64,000 bases of DNA from Bdellovibrionota bacterium (GTDB lineage: Bacteria > Bdellovibrionota > UBA1018 > CAUJDS01): the NCBI GenBank assembly GCA_963169695.1, contig CAUJDS010000026.1, positions 2,168 to 66,167 of the forward strand, written 5' to 3'. The notes under the pieces are model-generated. The model saw only the letters and a program-made list of their open reading frames with translations. It had not been told where the DNA came from and made no database searches. Made by a program: the position numbers and the translations under genes. Position 1 is the stretch's first letter; every line of letters begins with the position of its first letter. This document shows, in pieces, positions 49,842 to 57,971 of the stretch.

Positions 49842-50384
49842 GTGGCTTTGCGGATCCTAGGAGTAGACCCTGGATCCCTGTTCACTGGATGGGGTTGCAT
49901 TGAAAGTAAAGATCGTCACCTGCATCCCATTGAATATGGTCATATTGCTTTGCAGGCCAAGGATCCCTTCGAGAAGCGTCTCCTAGACTTGCACCAAAAT
50001 CTTTCCAGCATTTTGGAACGCTGTCGTCCAAAAATTATTGCAGTCGAGCGGGCTTTTTTTGCCAAGAATGCATCCTCAGCCCTCAAACTTGGTCAGGTTC
50101 GAGGAGTAGTCCTACTAAGTGTGGCTCAATTCGGAGCTGAGTTGCGGGAGTACTCGGCAACTGAGGTTAAGCGAAGCATTGGAGGCTATGGCCATTCTGA
50201 GAAGGATCAAATAACCGCTCGTATTAAGCTCCTTTTAGGTTCACAACTGGAGTGTCGTAGGCATGATGAATCAGACGCCCTTGCCCTGGCAATTACGGCA
50301 GCTTATCAGGCGTCTTCCCCAATAGCTGCCAAACTTGCCAAGGGTCGCAGTCGGTCGATGGCTCGATCGCTAGGGTTTGATTGA
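49842..50384 (+). CDS. ruvC: Holliday junction resolvase RuvC
   Basis: ILGVDPGS...AVERAFF...DESDALALAI catalytic acidic residues. Confidence 0.9.
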   Translation: MALRILGVDPGSLFTGWGCIESKDRHLHPIEYGHIALQAKDPFEKRLLDLHQNLSSILERCRPKIIAVERAFFAKNASSALKLGQVRGVVLLSVAQFGAELREYSATEVKRSIGGYGHSEKDQITARIKLLLGSQLECRRHDESDALALAITAAYQASSPIAAKLAKGRSRSMARSLGFD

Positions 50385-50431
50385 AAGCTTCCGCCATTGA
50401 CGGATCACTTTAAGGTTGAGATTGTTTGGCG

Positions 50432-51031
50432 ATGATAGCCTTCCTCCAAGGAACCGTCCTTCAGTCCCATCCCGGAAAAATAGTGCTTGGTGTGGCTGGC
50501 GGCGCACCTGACTCATGGGTGGGCTATTTGATCCAAGTACCTTCGCATTACTCCCTAAAAGGCACGGCGGCATTCTATATCCACACGCATGTTCGGGAGG
50601 ACGCCCTTGACCTCTATGGATTTAAATCGGAATTAGAAAGGGAAGTTTTCTTACTTCTGCTTCAGGTCAATGGAATTGGACCTCGTCTCGCGCTCACCAT
50701 CCTTTCTCATTTGAGCGTAGAAGACCTTTTGGCCGCAATTGCGAATAAGGATCGCGATCGATTGATTGCTTTGCCAGGTGTTGGCAAGAAGACTGTCGAA
50801 AGAATATTTATTGATTTGGCTGATGCCGTAGAGAAGAAATTCTCGCAACAACAAATACCTTCAGATCGAGGTCAGCCTTCTGGTTATGCCGATGTGATGA
50901 CCGCCCTGAAGAGTTTGGGCTATCGCGAGAATGAATTGGATCGAGTCCTCAGAAAGGTTCTTTCAGAAGCGGCCGCGGGTGCTCCACTTGAGACGCTGGT
51001 TCGGCAAACCCTTAGGGAGCTGGGCACTTAG
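50432..51031 (+). CDS. ruvA: Holliday junction branch migration protein RuvA
   Basis: MIAFLQGTV, HhH motifs (VNGIGPRLAL, LPGVGKKTVERI). ATG 50432 is preferred over the upstream TTG at 50426. Confidence 0.9.
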   Translation: MIAFLQGTVLQSHPGKIVLGVAGGAPDSWVGYLIQVPSHYSLKGTAAFYIHTHVREDALDLYGFKSELEREVFLLLLQVNGIGPRLALTILSHLSVEDLLAAIANKDRDRLIALPGVGKKTVERIFIDLADAVEKKFSQQQIPSDRGQPSGYADVMTALKSLGYRENELDRVLRKVLSEAAAGAPLETLVRQTLRELGT

Positions 51032-52051
51032 ATGGAGGAGCGACTGGTTACCCCCATAGAGGTTCATAAGGAAGAAGGCCGTGCGCTCCGCCCAAGGAGT
51101 TTTGGCGAATACATCGGCCAAGATAAGTCGAAAGAGAAACTTCGCGTTTTTATTCAAGCCGCGCGAGAACGAGGCGATTCCCTGGATCATGTTCTTCTGG
51201 CAGGGCCTCCAGGGCTGGGTAAGACAACCCTTGCAACCATCATTGCTACGGAGTTGGGAACACAGCTTCATATTGTGGCGGGGCCTAATGTCGAAAGAAA
51301 GGGTGATTTGGCTTCCGTGCTAAGTGGCCTGCAGCAGGGAGATGTGCTTTTCATTGATGAAATTCATCGCCTGGCCAAACCGATTGAGGAAATCCTTTAC
51401 AGTGCCATGGAGGATTACAAACTCGATATTATTGTGGGACAGGGACCAGGGGCTCGGACACTGAGAATCGACCTTCCGCATTTTACGTTAGTGGGTGCCA
51501 CGACACGTAGTGGTTTGCTCTCGTCGCCCTTGCGGGATCGCTTCGGCATTCATCTACACCTTGAATTTTATCCTGTTGCTGATTTGGTGCGTATTCTCAA
51601 TCGATCCTCTCGCTTATTAGGTATTCCATTGGATGAGACAGGTGCTGAAGAATTAGCCCGACGCTCTCGGGGTACACCGCGGATTGCCAATCGCCTGCTG
51701 CGAAGGGTCCGCGACTTTGCCCAGATCAAAAAAGCAAAAGAGATCATTTCTTCCGTGGTTGCAGAAGCACTGCTTTTATTCGAAATCGATTTTCTCGGGT
51801 TGGATCCCATGGACCGAAAGCTGCTTCTCACCATCATCGAGAAGTTTGACGGGGGTCCAGTTGGTATCGAGACGCTAGCTTCCATTTTGGGAGAAGAAAG
51901 GTCCACCCTCGAAGATATCTACGAGCCCTACTTAGTGCAGGAAGCACTTATACAAAGGACACCCCGTGGCCGCCTCGCTACGCGTCAAGCGTATGAGCAC
52001 TTGGGATTGAAGTGGGAAAAAGGTCCGACCCAAGAGCCATTGGGTGTGTGA
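51032..52051 (+). CDS. ruvB: Holliday junction DNA helicase RuvB
   Basis: Walker [10 protein letters not shown], Walker B FIDEIH, sensor [11 protein letters not shown]. Confidence 0.96.
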   Translation: MEERLVTPIEVHKEEGRALRPRSFGEYIGQDKSKEKLRVFIQAARERGDSLDHVLLAGPPGLGKTTLATIIATELGTQLHIVAGPNVERKGDLASVLSGLQQGDVLFIDEIHRLAKPIEEILYSAMEDYKLDIIVGQGPGARTLRIDLPHFTLVGATTRSGLLSSPLRDRFGIHLHLEFYPVADLVRILNRSSRLLGIPLDETGAEELARRSRGTPRIANRLLRRVRDFAQIKKAKEIISSVVAEALLLFEIDFLGLDPMDRKLLLTIIEKFDGGPVGIETLASILGEERSTLEDIYEPYLVQEALIQRTPRGRLATRQAYEHLGLKWEKGPTQEPLGV

Positions 52052-52255
52052 TTTAAGCTGCGACTCGCAGCAAAAAACCGTGGGTAAAAGCACACGCCTC
52101 ATTACCACTTGGAACACTAACAGTGGAGTGATAGAAAACTCCCTGCATCAAGTCTATAGAATGAGAAAGTTTTAAAAATAAAATGATAAAGTCGGACAAA
52201 TCGGTATGAACCTTGCTTTACTCTCGCTGAAGCTAAAAATTCTGGGGGCCCTCGC

Positions 52256-53164
52256 ATGCTGCAGCGTACTTTAAAGAGATCGGTATCATTAGAAGGCATT
52301 GGCCTTCATTCGGGCGAAAAAGTTCGACTCACCCTGAAGCCAGCGGATCCGGATCAAGGAATTGTTTTTGTGAGAGAGGACCTTCCTGGTCGTCCAGAGA
52401 TTCCAGCAGTCTTTGAAAATGTTATCAACACCCGTCTTGCTACCACCTTGGGACAAGGCAAAGCCACCATTGGTACCATTGAGCATTTGGTATCTGCGCT
52501 CTATGGACTGGGTGTCGACAATCTTGTTTGTGAAGTGAATGGTCCCGAGTTGCCGATTTTGGATGGCAGTGCAATGGGATATTGCGAAGCGATTCAAAGT
52601 GCGGGTTTGCAAAGTCTCTTGCGGCCTCGCAAGGTGCTGAGAATCAAGAAGCGTATTGAAATGAAGCTGGATGAGAAGTGGGCTGTTGTAGAGCCTAGTC
52701 ATCAGCTAGAGATCGATGCCACGATCGATTGGGAACATCCCATGATCGGTTTTCAATATTACCAATATAAGGAAGTGGATACAGGCTACCTACCAATTGC
52801 CGGAGCACGGACCTTTGGCTTTCTGAAAGATGTTGAAGCACTTCGCCGCATGGGACTTGCGCAGGGTGGCTCACTCGACAATGCGGTTGTTTTGGATGAA
52901 TACCGAATTTTGAATTCAGGTGGATTGCGTTATCCAGATGAGTTTGTTCGTCACAAGGTTTTGGACGCCATTGGTGATATTCGGCTTTCAGGTTTTATGG
53001 TTTGGGGACGATTTCAGCTTCATCGCTCCGGCCATGAATTGCACTACCGGCTATTGAGAGAAATTTTCAGTGATCCAAGCCACTTTGAGATCGTCGAAGC
53101 GGGATCGGTTGCTGACCGACCTGCCGCCACTCAGAATCAAGAACAGATCATAGCTCAATCTTGA
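52256..53164 (+). CDS. lpxC: UDP-3-O-acyl-GlcNAc deacetylase
   Basis: GIGLHSG, TIEHL and HKVLDAIGD zinc/active-site motifs. Confidence 0.93.
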   Translation: MLQRTLKRSVSLEGIGLHSGEKVRLTLKPADPDQGIVFVREDLPGRPEIPAVFENVINTRLATTLGQGKATIGTIEHLVSALYGLGVDNLVCEVNGPELPILDGSAMGYCEAIQSAGLQSLLRPRKVLRIKKRIEMKLDEKWAVVEPSHQLEIDATIDWEHPMIGFQYYQYKEVDTGYLPIAGARTFGFLKDVEALRRMGLAQGGSLDNAVVLDEYRILNSGGLRYPDEFVRHKVLDAIGDIRLSGFMVWGRFQLHRSGHELHYRLLREIFSDPSHFEIVEAGSVADRPAATQNQEQIIAQS

Positions 53165-53217
53165 CTTGGCTACCTACCTTAGGTAGCTTGCCCCGGACCT
53201 CAAGTTTTTTCCTGCGT

Positions 53218-53295
53218 CGGGCCGTGGCGCAGCCTGGCTAGCGCACTTGCATGGGGTGCAAGGGGTCGCTGGTTCGAATCCAGTCGGCCCGACCA
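53218..53295 (+). tRNA. tRNA-Pro (anticodon GGG), CCA encoded
   Basis: Hand-folded cloverleaf. Acceptor CGGGCCG/CGGCCCG, D arm GCGC-AGCCTGGCTA-GCGC, anticodon arm CTTGC-AT GGG GT-GCAAG, variable loop GGGTC, T arm GCTGG-TTCGAAT-CCAGT, discriminator A plus CCA. Confidence 0.9.
53276..53295 (+). repeat. Direct repeat copy 1 (native tRNA-Pro 3' end, GAATCCAGTCGGCCCGACCA)
   Basis: 20-nt T-arm/acceptor/CCA segment, repeated downstream at 53495 (20/20) and as a 15-nt core at 53473 and 55509. Confidence 0.9.
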
Positions 53296-53305
53296 AACTA
53301 AAAAA

Positions 53306-53338
53306 GGCCGTCAGCCCAAAAGGCTGGCGGCCTTTTTT
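53306..53338 (+). terminator. Rho-independent terminator after tRNA-Pro (A-tract/T-tract flanked, potentially bidirectional)
   Basis: 11-bp stem GGCCGTCAGCC/GGCTGGCGGCC (one G:U), loop CAAAA, followed by TTTTTT and preceded by AAAAA. Confidence 0.8.
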
Positions 53339-53472
53339 AGTTTTGATGGGTTGGTTCTGGATTCGAAGGGAAATGTGCGGCCCGCGGTGCGGGCTGAAGT
53401 GAGCGTGAAGCGAACGAAAGCACATTGACCCGGCCCGAAGAGTCCAGTGCTGGAGGCACGGGACGATGAGGG

Positions 53473-53487
53473 GAATCCAGTCGGCCC
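53473..53487 (+). repeat. Direct repeat copy 2 (15-nt core GAATCCAGTCGGCCC)
   Basis: Exact 15-nt match to tRNA-Pro positions 53276-53290. Confidence 0.9.
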
Positions 53488-53494
53488 TCAAATA

Positions 53495-53514
53495 GAATCC
53501 AGTCGGCCCGACCA
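53495..53514 (+). repeat. Direct repeat copy 3 (20 nt, GAATCCAGTCGGCCCGACCA)
   Basis: Exact 20-nt match to the tRNA 3' end including CCA. Candidate att site at the left edge of the ars segment. Confidence 0.9.
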
Positions 53515-53587
53515 ATAATCTCGCTATCCGTACTTGCTTTCCTCCCGGCTCCGGTCGGCGGACAGGGAAGTGGTCCACTGTAACTAC

Positions 53588-54232
53588 CTAAAACAGTCGC
53601 ATCATCTTGTAAGCGACCAAAGCGCCCATGATTTGTGCGAGAATAAATCCCAAAGATCCTGTCCAGAGTATTCCCGAGAATGTGTCTGTTAGACACCGAG
53701 CCACGGTGACGGCTGGATTGGCGAAGGAAGTGGAAGAAGTAAACCAGTATGCAGCCATGACGTAAGCGGCGATGGCAAACGGGGTTGCGCCTACGTTCTT
53801 TTTTCCAGCAAGTGAAATAACAACAATAAGTCCGAACGTCGCGACTACTTCAGAAAAAATAAAACGGAAGCCGCCTCTATCGCGAGACGAAAATTGGAGG
53901 AGTCTTTGCCCAAACATGGCGTGGGTAACGAACACGCCCACGATAGCGCCAGAAAGCTGCATCATGACGTAACCTAAAAGTTCCTTTATCGTTAGCCTTT
54001 TCCAGAGCCACTCGACAAGACTAACAACCGGATTAAAATGTGCTCCAGATACACCCGAAAAGCATTGAATCAAAGCGTATAGAGCCGCTCCGGTTGCGAT
54101 GGAGTTTGCCAAAAGAGCAATCGCAAGATTGCCTTGTGCAAGAGCCTCCCCCATAATGCAGGAGCCGACTACGGCGATGAGCAATCCAGCCGTACCTATA
54201 AACTCAGCAAGCATTCGCTTTCGCAGGTTCAA
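53588..54232 (-). CDS. MIP-family aquaglyceroporin (AqpS-like arsenite channel)
   Basis: Two half-repeat signatures, HFNPVVS (NPV) and FANPAVTVARC (NPA). Six TM helices. Last gene of the ars operon, with a 4-nt overlap with arsC. Confidence 0.85.
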   Translation of the reverse strand: MNLRKRMLAEFIGTAGLLIAVVGSCIMGEALAQGNLAIALLANSIATGAALYALIQCFSGVSGAHFNPVVSLVEWLWKRLTIKELLGYVMMQLSGAIVGVFVTHAMFGQRLLQFSSRDRGGFRFIFSEVVATFGLIVVISLAGKKNVGATPFAIAAYVMAAYWFTSSTSFANPAVTVARCLTDTFSGILWTGSLGFILAQIMGALVAYKMMRLF

Positions 54233-54645
54233 ACATCGATCTCCGACTTGAATGCATTCAGTCGCTCCGAAATAGCATCCCGGGCAACTCGAAAGCGAGT
54301 GAGAGCTTCAGAATCAGAAGATGTCTCCTTCGTTGCGGGGTCCGTCTGAGGCCAATGGAGCTTCTTCGCTTTGGAAACTAATATGGGACAAACTTCTTCT
54401 GCGCAAAGAGTGATGACGTAGTCCAGGTCAGCAATAAATAGAGGTGAAAGGTCGTCGACGCTCTTCGAATAATGGTGCGAGATGTCTATACCAATCTCTC
54501 CCATAGCTGTGACCGCGTATGGATTCAGTTTTCCGGGATGAGATCCCGCACTTTCAATTTCCGCATTAGGAAATAATTTCTTAGCAAGACCTTCAGCGAG
54601 TTGGCTGCGAGCTGCGTTGGCAACGCAAATGAAGAGTATTTTCAT
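54229..54645 (-). CDS. arsC: Arsenate reductase, LMW-PTPase (thioredoxin-coupled) type
   Basis: P-loop ICVANAARS (Cys7...Arg13-Ser14), downstream Cys81/Cys86 and DYVITLC. Confidence 0.85.
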   Translation of the reverse strand: MKILFICVANAARSQLAEGLAKKLFPNAEIESAGSHPGKLNPYAVTAMGEIGIDISHHYSKSVDDLSPLFIADLDYVITLCAEEVCPILVSKAKKLHWPQTDPATKETSSDSEALTRFRVARDAISERLNAFKSEIDV

Positions 54646-54651
54646 GGCAAA

Positions 54652-55104
54652 CTACCCGCAACAGCTAGATTTGGAGTCATCAGGAGCGCAGCAATCGGAC
54701 TCGCTGTCATCAGTTTTGGATACATCTTTGTTACTGAAAACATCCGCATCAGCCATGCTTTGGTAAGCCTCCCATGGCACTCCCGCCGGGTCGGATACCC
54801 AAGCCTTATTGGAAGTAGCGTAACAGCAGGTCGTTTCACCCTCATCGTAAACCCCTAAATCCGCATTTTTTAGGCGTTCAGTTATTTCGCTCAATTCTGC
54901 GACAGAGTCTACCTGCATGCCAAGGTGGTTGACTCCTACATCATTGGTCCTTGTCGAAATAGCGAAGTTAATGCGCGGATCTTCAAGCATCCACTTGGCA
55001 TAGTCTTCCTTAAGCTTGCTTGGCTGTTGACCAAAGAGCGTAGAATAGAATTGAACAGATTTGTTGATGTCCTTTACGCCGACATGAATATGAAATCGCT
55101 TCAT
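54652..55104 (-). CDS. arsI: ArsI/CadI family VOC metalloenzyme (candidate C-As lyase)
   Basis: MKRFHIHVGV (His5), NHLG (His60), vicinal Cys pair in ETTCCYA (Cys93-94) and PWE (Glu112). These match the ArsI His-His-Glu/Cys-Cys layout (H5, H62, E115, C96-C97 in Bacillus ArsI). There is an extra tail ...SDCCAPDDSKSSCCG. The ATG at 55104 lies 2 nt after the arsR stop. Confidence 0.65.
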   Translation of the reverse strand: MKRFHIHVGVKDINKSVQFYSTLFGQQPSKLKEDYAKWMLEDPRINFAISTRTNDVGVNHLGMQVDSVAELSEITERLKNADLGVYDEGETTCCYATSNKAWVSDPAGVPWEAYQSMADADVFSNKDVSKTDDSESDCCAPDDSKSSCCG

Positions 55105-55106
55105 TA

Positions 55107-55439
55107 CTAACACTTCCTTTTTGGAGTTGAGGCCTTGCTGGACTTAGAGTCTTGTTCACGAACGCAGCAGTTTTCTTTCAGGTAGCCGATCAGCTGCTCG
55201 ATCAAATCGGTATTTGCAAAATAGGTTACTGAGCGGCCACTCTTCTCTGACGTAACAAGTCCTGCCTTGCTCATGTGCGAGAGATGAAAAGAAAGGGTGT
55301 TATCAGGGATCTTCAACTCTTCGGCGATCTTGCCAGGAATGATTCCGTCACTACCGTACTGGATCAGTAGTTTGAAAACCCTAAGTCGTGTTTCCTGCGA
55401 CAGTGAGGAGAAGGCCTCCGAGGCTTCATGCATTTCCAT
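55107..55439 (-). CDS. arsR: ArsR/SmtB family metalloregulator (C-terminal Cys type)
   Basis: wHTH (RLRVFKLL...LSFHLSHMSKAGLV). There is no CVC in helix 3. Cys91-Cys92 and Cys110 lie near the C-terminus, as in the Acidithiobacillus-type ArsR. Confidence 0.8.
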   Translation of the reverse strand: MEMHEASEAFSSLSQETRLRVFKLLIQYGSDGIIPGKIAEELKIPDNTLSFHLSHMSKAGLVTSEKSGRSVTYFANTDLIEQLIGYLKENCCVREQDSKSSKASTPKRKC

Positions 55440-55508
55440 GGTTCCAGAATAATGGAAACAAATTGGAATGTCAATGTTTCGATAAATGGCATTTGGAAAT
55501 CCCGTGGA

Positions 55509-55523
55509 GAATCCAGTCGGCCC
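55509..55523 (+). repeat. Direct repeat copy 4 (15-nt core GAATCCAGTCGGCCC)
   Basis: Exact 15-nt match. It lies between the arsR start region and the stop of the lipoprotein gene, and is a candidate att site at the right edge of the ars segment. Confidence 0.9.
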
Positions 55524-55531
55524 TTTCGAAA

Positions 55532-56293
55532 CTACTTAGATCCCTTCCATTCGAGTTCTACCGGAATGAGATCCTTTTCAAAGCGTGGATCTACATTGAC
55601 TTTAAATGGCTTGAGATAATCAATCGACATCTTACTGCAATACAAAGTCGGGCAAGTGTAAAGTCTATTGGTGGCCGAGTGGTAATCTGAATTGCCTGTA
55701 TTATTAGCATAGGACACACTTCCGGTCGAAATGATGCAGGTAAGGTTTTCGTCCGACTTTAATGGGCTCTTTGATTGGTTTTGCTCCAATTCCAAATGCC
55801 AGAATTTCAGTTTGGTGCCATTTGGAAAAACATCCTTTACTAAAATAAAATCAGGCGTCGTAATTGTTGCCTCAAAGCACTGCTGATTTTTCAGTTCCTT
55901 ACTTTTTCGATCTGCCAAACGTTTTTTAAACTCCGCATTCTTCTTCTCCTCACTCCAGCGCTGCTTATAGCCTTCATCTTCGACTGAATCCCGAGTACTC
56001 GCGATGAGGTAGGGAGGAGTCACTGGTACAAGTTGAATCGACGTTCCACTTGGAATGGTAGTTTTAGTTGAATTCGAAACGGTTCCGCTCGTTTTTTCGT
56101 TCTTCCCTAAATCCCTGGACCTAAGAATATGGACCCTCCGTGAAAGAGCATCACGAATATCAGTTGCTTTGGTTTTAGGATCGGGCTCGCCATCGAGGTA
56201 GGCCTTCGGAGTGGATGCGCTTTGACCACCCCCTAAAGTGGCGCAAGCACTAAGCATAAGTAATGATCCTACCAATACCAAAATTCGTTTCAT
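55532..56293 (-). CDS. Hypothetical lipoprotein
   Basis: The ATG at 56293 gives MKRILVLVGSLLMLSAC with a lipobox (LSAC). I recognise no other motif. Confidence 0.6.
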   Translation of the reverse strand: MKRILVLVGSLLMLSACATLGGGQSASTPKAYLDGEPDPKTKATDIRDALSRRVHILRSRDLGKNEKTSGTVSNSTKTTIPSGTSIQLVPVTPPYLIASTRDSVEDEGYKQRWSEEKKNAEFKKRLADRKSKELKNQQCFEATITTPDFILVKDVFPNGTKLKFWHLELEQNQSKSPLKSDENLTCIISTGSVSYANNTGNSDYHSATNRLYTCPTLYCSKMSIDYLKPFKVNVDPRFEKDLIPVELEWKGSK

Positions 56294-56364
56294 GGAAATG
56301 TCCCTCTTTAATTCAATGATCGAGACTGTGGTACCGTTTGCCCGTGTAAAAAGCAAGAATCAGT

Positions 56365-57816
56365 CTATCGCTTTGCAAATGCTGCCCTACAAGATTCCCT
56401 CGCCTTCAAAGCCGTAATAAAGGAGACGTAGCTCCAAGACAAATGAGAGGCGCCGCGAGACTCTCCTGTACTGCGATCTAGTTGCTCATACATATTGCCG
56501 TCTGATGGCAGGAGGTCCTTTAGCCGGAGTAGAATATGGTCGCCCATTTCAAACAGTGCTCGAGAAACGGCATCTACTGAAAGAATAGGGGTTCTGCCAC
56601 TACCTTGAGAATAACGAAGTGCCCGGCGAACTAGCTGATGACTGGTGATTTCTTGGTTGAAGGGAATGGAAGCAGACTGAAGGTGTCTCGCGAGTTCATA
56701 ATAGTATTCTGCAAGTCCTAGGGTTGTGAGGATCCATGCATGACCTGCACTGAATCCCACTCCATCATAGACATCTTCGGGATAACGTCCTAGGAGGATT
56801 CCTTTTTGTCCGCGGTTTATTTGATAGTGAGTTCGGTAATATTTCACTAGCGAGTTGGCCAAGGTCAGGATCGAAGGATGCGAGATCCTTTCCGAGAAGC
56901 GCGGAGAGCTTCGAGTATGAAGTGCCGCTAGCAGCGACGAGGCATCGAAATTGGACCGCTTATGATCCCATCCTCCTTTTTGGTCTAAGGTAGTGACAAC
57001 CCCTGGACGCTCAACTTTGAGATGCAGAAGAAGCTTTTCTCCTAGTGTGTTGCCCTGTTTTTCGTACCACTCGGCAGCGGCAGTGTCTCCAAGCTGTCTA
57101 GCAAGAGTGGCTCCTTGTTCGAGTGCCGCGCGCTGAACTAAGCGATGGTAGAAGTGATTCCCCATTACCTCTTCCCATGGATCAAAGCTTGGTTCTTCAA
57201 TATGATTGGCTACGTATTCGAGATCCCTCTTGATGGCTGACTCACTTGGTAGCTTCGAATCAAATAGAAATTTCCTAACATAGGTCTCGTCTCCTCGAAG
57301 CATGCAGATGGTGGCCCATCGAATGAGTGTCAATGCGCGAAGCGCTGGGCCATCGTTTTGGGGACGTCCCCAATCTTGATCGAAGGCTTTGCCGGTAGGA
57401 TGAAATTTGGGCTCCCCAAGGCCGCCACTCTTGTTCTGTACGGTCTGGATCACTAGGGTGCTGGTGACGTAGGATTCGAGAATAGCCTTGGCGGTACTTC
57501 GTTCCGTTTCGGTTCCGTCCAAAGACAAGCTTGCCATGACGTCCATGGCAAGAGCGCCATCTCTTACCCAATGGTAGAAATAATCGGGAGCTTCCTTCGA
57601 AGGCGAAGCAACGATAAGCCCGGACTGGGCCCCTTCAAGTTTGGTCGCATTTTCAATGAGGCGCGCCACTGCTATGGTGCGATGCGACTCGAGCCAGTCT
57701 TCTAGGGAGAGCACTTGAGCCTGACAAAATAGTGGCGCTCCCATGGCTGCCAGCGCTAGCAGAACCTCAGGGACGCGTCTTAGAACTTTCAGTGACTTCC
57801 AAGCAATGCTTTTCAA
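56365..57816 (-). CDS. Secreted glycoside hydrolase family 15 (glucoamylase/trehalase-like)
   Basis: Signal peptide and (alpha/alpha)6-barrel-like motifs including YFYHWVRDGAL and GRPQNDGPALRA, typical of GH15. TTG start preceded by GGGAG. Confidence 0.75.
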   Translation of the reverse strand: MKSIAWKSLKVLRRVPEVLLALAAMGAPLFCQAQVLSLEDWLESHRTIAVARLIENATKLEGAQSGLIVASPSKEAPDYFYHWVRDGALAMDVMASLSLDGTETERSTAKAILESYVTSTLVIQTVQNKSGGLGEPKFHPTGKAFDQDWGRPQNDGPALRALTLIRWATICMLRGDETYVRKFLFDSKLPSESAIKRDLEYVANHIEEPSFDPWEEVMGNHFYHRLVQRAALEQGATLARQLGDTAAAEWYEKQGNTLGEKLLLHLKVERPGVVTTLDQKGGWDHKRSNFDASSLLAALHTRSSPRFSERISHPSILTLANSLVKYYRTHYQINRGQKGILLGRYPEDVYDGVGFSAGHAWILTTLGLAEYYYELARHLQSASIPFNQEITSHQLVRRALRYSQGSGRTPILSVDAVSRALFEMGDHILLRLKDLLPSDGNMYEQLDRSTGESRGASHLSWSYVSFITALKARESCRAAFAKR

Positions 57817-57971
57817 GAACTCCCACCCCCTTAGTGCCTACCGAACCTATTTCAAGCCCAAAGGGATGACAAGCAATCCAGATAAATAATCAATGATCGC
57901 AATGCGTTATCACTCATGGCGATAAAGATTTCTTTCAGTAAAGTCGAAAGGTTGAGCACAGGAGACCTGTC

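Larger units (their letters stand above)
53296..55523. mobile_element. tRNA-Pro-associated genomic islet carrying an arsenic resistance operon (no integrase present)
   Basis: It lies directly 3' of tRNA-Pro and is bounded and subdivided by same-orientation copies of the tRNA 3' end. The cargo is a self-contained ars operon. Confidence 0.5.

Noticed and set aside
52057-52071. Hairpin GCTGCG-ACT-CGCAGC just after the ruvB stop
   Set aside because: It is followed by AAAAAA rather than a T-tract on the coding strand, and no minus-strand gene ends here. I do not call it an intrinsic terminator.
53169-53187. 8-bp hairpin GCTACCTA-CCT-TAGGTAGC after the lpxC stop
   Set aside because: It is followed by only TT, and the nearest T-run (53205-53210) lies 17 nt downstream. 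That is too weak to call a terminator with confidence.
53174-53696. Minus-strand ORFs of 134 and 119 aa spanning the tRNA-Pro / repeat region
   Set aside because: They run through the tRNA gene, its terminator and the att-like repeats. The products are Pro/Arg/Gly-rich and look like translated non-coding DNA. They are not an integrase.
53296-55523. Search for an integrase, excisionase or transposase in the ars islet
   Set aside because: The only ORFs of meaningful size are arsR, arsI-like, arsC and the MIP channel. I saw no tyrosine- or serine-recombinase motifs, so the islet is reported as integrase-less rather than as an intact mobile element.
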